Assembly (NCBI GenBank): GCA_002269645.1
Contig: NIVC01000032.1
Span: forward strand, 372,001-436,000
Source: Macrostomum lignano
Lineage: Eukaryota
Length of the DNA: 64,000 bases
Direction: 5' to 3'
Position numbers and translations under genes: made by a program. The notes beneath the pieces were generated by a model. It saw nothing but the letters and a program-made list of their open reading frames with translations, did not search any database and had not been told where the DNA came from. Shown one piece after another: positions 24,006 to 64,000 of this stretch. Positions within the stretch are counted from its first letter, which is position 1, and each line of letters begins with the position of its first letter.

Positions 24006-25055
24006 ATGGGTAGAGATTACTACAAGATTCTAGGCATTTCGCGAAGTGCCACTGACGACGAAATCAAGAAGGCCTATCGAAAGATGGCTTTGAAGTATCA
24101 TCCTGACAAAAACAAGTCGCCTAACGCCGAAGACATGTTCAAGCAGGCCGCTGAGGCCTACGAAGTGCTAAGCGATCCGAACAAGCGAACGATCTACGAC
24201 AAGTACGGAGAGGAGGGTCTGAAGGCCCAATCTGGAGGCGGCCCGTCGGGTCCTCAGGGCGGCCCAACTGGCGGTGGACCAGGCTTCACCTACACTTTCC
24301 AGGGCGATCCGCGCGAAACTTTCCGAATGTTCTTCGGCACCGACGATCCGTTCGCGGCGTTTGGCCATCGCGGCTTTGGCAATTTCGAGCACATGGATGT
24401 TGACGATGATGGTGGCATGAGCAGTTTCAGCGCATTCAGCAGCGGAGGCCATCCATTCAGCATGGCCTTCGGCGGTGGCGGCGGCGGCGGCAGGCGCGCC
24501 CGCAAGGACCCGCCGATTCATCACGACCTCAGCGTCTCTCTTGAGGACGTGCTCAACGGCTGCACGAAGAAGATCAAGATCACCCGGAAACGCCTGTCAC
24601 CAGACGGCCAGAGCCTGGTGGAGGAGGAGAAAATCCTTGAGATCGCCGTCAAGAAGGGCTGGAAGGCCGGCACGAAGATCACGTTCCCGGAGGAGGGCGA
24701 CCAGCTGCCCAACCGGACACCAGCCGATGTGATCTTCACCCTGAAAGATCGCACCCATAAGTATTTCCGACGCGACGGTGCAGATATTCGCTACAAGGCC
24801 AAGATCAGCCTTCGCGACGCTCTGTGCGGCTCCACGCTGCAGATCCCCACACTGGACCCCGGCCGGCACATCCCGCTGCAGCTAACTGGGCCAATCAAGC
24901 CTACGTCGTTAAGAAAGATCAAAGGCGAGGGCCTGCCGTACCCGAAATCGCCAGACGAACGCGGCGATCTTGTCGTGGAATTCGACGTAGAATTCCCCAA
25001 TCAGTTGGACGAGAAGACGAGGCGACAGCTTTACAGCTTATTGCCGGCTTCGTAG
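24006..25055 (+). CDS. DNAJB: Hsp40 co-chaperone, DnaJ class B (DNAJB1/4/5-like), intronless, 349 aa
   Basis: J domain with HPD ([18 protein letters not shown]), G/F-rich linker, [23 protein letters not shown] and GEGLP C-terminal domain. Confidence 0.97.
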   Translation: MGRDYYKILGISRSATDDEIKKAYRKMALKYHPDKNKSPNAEDMFKQAAEAYEVLSDPNKRTIYDKYGEEGLKAQSGGGPSGPQGGPTGGGPGFTYTFQGDPRETFRMFFGTDDPFAAFGHRGFGNFEHMDVDDDGGMSSFSAFSSGGHPFSMAFGGGGGGGRRARKDPPIHHDLSVSLEDVLNGCTKKIKITRKRLSPDGQSLVEEEKILEIAVKKGWKAGTKITFPEEGDQLPNRTPADVIFTLKDRTHKYFRRDGADIRYKAKISLRDALCGSTLQIPTLDPGRHIPLQLTGPIKPTSLRKIKGEGLPYPKSPDERGDLVVEFDVEFPNQLDEKTRRQLYSLLPAS

Positions 25056-26164
25056 ATCCGTTTTTGCCGTCTGATTGATGACGCAATAACTGGACTTGTT
25101 CATTAACTAATAAATAGTTGAATAATTTAATCTACTGAACTGACGAATGCGCTGTTTTGCATTTGTAAATATATGATCGAGCAGAAATTTCATGTATTGA
25201 TCACAAAGTTATGTATACTGTATTACTGTAATGTACGATTTGCTTAATATAATAATACCCCCCCCCCTCCTGTTATCAACTTACTTTAAATACCCCTCAG
25301 TTTCTTTAAAGGCTTTCATTACTCTCTTATAGTGTTTTCATGTTATTTTTCTCGTCATTTTAACCCATTGAGTGATGTACAGTATGCATATGCACAATAT
25401 TTTATCTTTGTTAAATCAGTCTGAGAGTCGCTTTGCTTAAAACTATTTAACGAAAACAAATATACTCGAAATTGCTCTTATTAGTAGGATTCATTTCATT
25501 CTGCAATCGAATCATTTAGTTAGTATTTTTTGTCATTAATAATACATTCGAAGACCTTTCTGTGTACTCTTATTTATTTTGCAACTTTTTGTACGTGCCA
25601 GTTAAAAAACGAAGGATCGATTTACACTACTTACAGTAGAATGTCTAGATTTTGAATGTACATGTATTTTGGGTGATTAAATTTTATTGACTAAAATAGG
25701 GCTTCACTATAGACAAATTCGGTTAAGAGAAAAATTCATCTAATTCTCGACGAGAGCTTCACTTTATGCAAAAGACATCTACAGCCTTAGTTGGAGTTAA
25801 GAATAGTTCTATTGTGTAGATTCAATTGCACTAATTGCATGAAGTAAACAACGTACGTGATTACAATGAATTGCAAAAAAGCTATTAGTGTAATTGTTAA
25901 TAACTTGCGTCAGATACTACTCAAGAGACGTAATAAGAAAATCTAGCTTTAATTATTAGAAAACTAATTATTCGAAAAAATCTAATGAATGGTTAGAGCT
26001 AGTGTACCATAGTACTTGACTTCAATATAACCGAGTAATTGAATCGTCGTTTTTTCAACTATACACATATCATATAATGTACATATTACATATTAAAGGA
26101 AATAAAAGCTACTGTAATATTAGAAAATCTATATATTTTTTGTAAATAAAATAAATCTGATACG

Positions 26165-26570
26165 CTGATACCCCATCTGCAAGAATCAGATACGTACCCA
26201 TCAAGAATCTGATAATACCCCATCAAGAATCAGATAATACCCCATCAAGAATTTGAATACCCCATCAAGAATCTGAATACCCCATCAAGAATCTGAATAC
26301 CCCATCAAGAATCTGAATACCCCATCAAGAATCCGATACTTCATTAAGAATCCAATCCGATACCCCATCAAGAATCCGATACCCCATCAAGAATCCGATA
26401 CCCCATCAAGAATCCGATACCCATCAAGAATCCGATATAACATACAACATCAAGAATCTGAATACCCCATGAAGAATCTGATACCCCATCAATAAACTGA
26501 TAATACCCCATCAAGAAGCTGATACCCATCAAGAATCTGATACTACATCAAGAATCTGAATACCCCTCTA
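26165..26570. repeat. ~20-bp minisatellite (GAATCTGAATACCCCATCAA)n
   Basis: About 20 degenerate units. Confidence 0.9.
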
Positions 26571-26615
26571 CATACACCCGAGTGTACTTGTAGACTTCAT
26601 TCAACTCTACATAGG

Positions 26616-26980
26616 CTACTCAAGCAGCAGAATTCTGATGGTCTGCAAAGCTGCCACGCTGCTCTCGGCGCTGTTATTGAACCACCAACCGCTGTTGCCA
26701 AGCAAGAATAGGAGGCTAGGTCATTGTCCTGGTCCATTGTAGAGAACTTCATTCCTTTGTGATAAACTAGCGGACTTTCAGTTGAATTGGAGCTCGCGGA
26801 CAGATAAGCGTCGAAGTTCATCGTGTACTTGGTGCCGGCGTTGCCGACAGTAAATCCGGAATGCTCGCTGACGTAAAGTAAGTTCGACCAGGTGGTGGAT
26901 TCGATTCGAATTAATCGCGGCGTATTGCCAGTCAGAAGGTGAATCTGACGCAGTCCTGCGAAATAGGTTGGAAATTCAGT
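26616..26980 (-). pseudogene. Fibrinogen C-terminal (FReD) domain fragment with frameshift
   Basis: AGLRQIHLLT..IRIE..W..F.VG....Y..YHKGMKFSTMDQDNDL...C, then a frameshift near 26700 to GNSGWWFNN..LQTIRILLLE*. No upstream exon confidently found. Confidence 0.65.
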
Positions 26981-27018
26981 TGTAATCACACATTAAACTG
27001 TGCATGCAGGTTTAGTTG

Positions 27019-27208
27019 TCCTATCAAACCGCTCTCCAATGTACACTAGCTCCTATCAAACCACTCTCCAATGTACACTAGCTCCTATCAAACCGTTCTC
27101 CAATGTACACTAGCTCCTATCAAACCGCTCTCCAATGTACACTAGCTCCTATCAAACCGCTCTCCAATGTACACTAGCTCCTATCAAACCGCTCTCCAAT
27201 GTACACTA
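27019..27208. repeat. 32-bp minisatellite (CTCCTATCAAACCGCTCTCCAATGTACACTAG)n
   Basis: About 6 near-identical units. Confidence 0.9.
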
Positions 27209-27369
27209 GCATCCCACTCACCCACTATCTCACTCATCTCTCGCAGCATCCCACTCACCAATCAGTCGAGAGTCGAGACTGCAGAACCGCTAGAGATCCT
27301 TGAAGATCGGCGACGTGATGCACCGTTGGCGACTCCAGCTGACAGGCCACATCAGTAATAACATCAATA

Positions 27370-27640
27370 TTTGATTACACCTGCCCCAATTGGGCCAGAT
27401 GTGCAACCGACAGCTCAGCCGCAGCTATTGCGCGGCGCATCTGAAGGCTGCGTACGGCTGTTCAGTCCAAGGACTGGGGGGTCGCCACACACACACACAC
27501 AACCCTCAATTACCCCAGCTAATGCTGGCACCCATTTTACAGCTGGGTGAACTGAAGCAATACAGAGAGTTAAGTGTCTTGCTCAAGGACACAAGTTGTT
27601 CCAAGTGAGTCGAGAATCGAACCCCCCCCCCCCGACCTGT
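27370..27640 (-). mobile_element. SINE family 1, 5'-truncated
   Basis: B-box, CORE and tail are nearly identical to the other copies. Confidence 0.8.
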
Positions 27641-28254
27641 CAATGTGAATTCAAGGCTCCTCAATCCTGATAGCTAAAACGTAATTACCTAATCGAACCA
27701 GCTAATTTGTTATAAAAAACAGTGCTTTACTTACATGTTGCCGAAGCTACAGAGACGCTGTGAACTACAGCAAACACAATTGTCCCCAGCTGCATGGCTT
27801 GAGTTTACTGCTGTGTAAAAAAAACTATCTGAAATTAATTTCTAAGCAACGCCAATAAATGTAACAAATTTTTTATCCCATAAAATTTGCAGACAACCCT
27901 CCTTCACTGAGTGACTTCCAAGCAGCAATTAAGCTGATTGCCCCAGCAAAGCTACTTTTATCCAATCATGCTATTATTCATATTCACCGATTGTTTGTAT
28001 TAGCAGCGCAGCATCACAGAACGCGGGTAGCACATAGTACTCCAGGTCATCTAACAGTCCTTCAAGTTGTCTGAGAATATTTGAATATTAGAAACCGGTT
28101 TGTTCCGGTAACCTATGCTCCATTGCGTATCACTTAACTCTGCAGTTGTATTGGGGACTGGGTGTGCGTTGGGCAAGGACTACCTCAAAACTAGAATCTG
28201 GACCAGGGATTTTGAAACATTTTTTCACCTAGAGGGCCAGATGAGAGTTGAAAG

Positions 28255-28750
28255 TAGAGGAAACGGGAGATGAGAGGTGAGAGATTGCATACAAAAAGAG
28301 ATAAGAGAAAAGATAAGAAGAAAGAAGAGAGAAAAGAGGGGAGAGGATAGGGGAGAAAGGAGAGAGTAGAGAGAGGAGAGAAGAGGGGAGAGAGAAGAGA
28401 AGAGGGGAGAGAGGAGAGAAGAAGAAGGGAGAGAGGAGAGAGGAGAGAGGAAGGAGAAAGGGTGGAGAGAGGAGATTGGGAGGAGAAAGGAGAGAGGGAG
28501 GAGAGAGAAGAGAGGGGAAAGGAGAGGGGAGAGAGGAGAGAGGAGAGAGGGGTGGGAAAAGGAGAGAGGGGAGAGAGGAGAGAGGAGAGGGGTGGAGAGG
28601 GAGAGAGGAGAGAGGAGAAAGAGAAGAGAGAGGAGAGATGAGAGGAGAGAGGAGAGAAGAGGGGAAAGAGGAGAGAGAGGATAGAAGAGAAGAGAGAGGA
28701 GAGAGAGGAGAAGAGGTGAAGAGGAGAGAAGAGGAAAGGGAAGAGAGTAG
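28255..28750. repeat. GA-rich low-complexity tract
   Basis: Polypurine (GAGAG)n-like sequence. Confidence 0.9.
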
Positions 28751-29332
28751 AGGGAAACTTACGTACAGTAGCTGCATTTTGAGAATTGCCGTTCTCCGAT
28801 GACTGCTATTTACTGCAGGATGTTAGGTTTCCTTGGCTGGGTTTAAATGCTGGTTAGGGTGGGTGGGTGGGTGGGTGTGCTGTGTGAGGGTTGTTGGCCT
28901 GCCCTTGCCTGTTCGTTGCCAGGCGCAACGGCGAAAGACAATTAACTTTGAGCGCTTCTATCATGGTATATGCTCTGTAGGTGATATATTTTTTAATATC
29001 CTTTCCTGGGATCTGGCTGTAGTAGTAGTAGTTGTAGTAGTATTAGTACCAGTAGTAGTAGTAGTAGTATTGGAAGTATTGGCAATGAGAAAAGCGCTTT
29101 TCAATTAAATTTTAATCTGCGACTTCTGCAAGTACAGAAACTGCTTCAGTTGGCTACAAGTACGTATATTAAAAAAACTTTTGGTGGTCAGTTTTCTACG
29201 ACTGTTAAATTCAGTTCAGTTTACAGGTATACAGAGAAGCAGAAACCACTGTTTTAGGTTGTACAGACGACTGTCTTACAGTCCAATATTATAAGTGATC
29301 AGTGTTGTGTCTGTCCTGTCGCTCTTGCAACT

Positions 29333-63895
<34,563 letters not shown>

Positions 63896-64000
63896 CTAAG
63901 ATCGAATTTGAAAATCGTTTCTTCTCTGTTGATCCGCTCAGGTACAAGTTTCATAGTCTCCTTATTTAGCAGGGATTAAAATGCGTTAAGTCCCAGCTGA

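Noticed and set aside
24168-25078. Overlapping alternative-frame ORFs within DNAJB (similar ones occur in TMTC and the paralogue pair)
   Set aside because: Shadow ORFs of GC-rich coding sequence.

Overview
Eukaryotic (metazoan) genomic DNA, not prokaryotic. The spliced genes, minisatellite-filled introns and tRNA-derived SINEs fit a free-living flatworm such as Macrostomum; this is inference and cannot be proven from the window. Genes reconstructed by hand with frame-consistent splice sites: a partial His-rich orphan (1-1398, -), a DM9-repeat protein (6572-8067, -), a head-to-head pair of secreted paralogues with TULIP/Der p 7-like motifs (9200-9950 -, 15670-17583 +), ARL2BP/BART (18945-23319, -) back-to-back with an intronless DNAJB with a perfect heat-shock element (24006-25055, +), and a 14-exon ELK/Kv12-type KCNH channel (29333-63874, -) with a 3-exon TMTC-like gene nested antisense in intron 5 (45459-49658, +). 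Also present: NHL-repeat and fibrinogen-domain gene relics, a 2.2-kb solo LTR with an intact promoter, two SINE families, hAT and foldback MITEs, a Gypsy gag relic, and about 30 different tandem arrays (roughly 24 kb, my estimate) that produce most of the long ORFs in the track. Most notable: a hAT MITE carrying a minisatellite of E2F-like sites, an intron made almost entirely of ~65 tandem CTAAC-AG|GT splice-site-like units, and introns that look like micro-introns each inflated by its own array.
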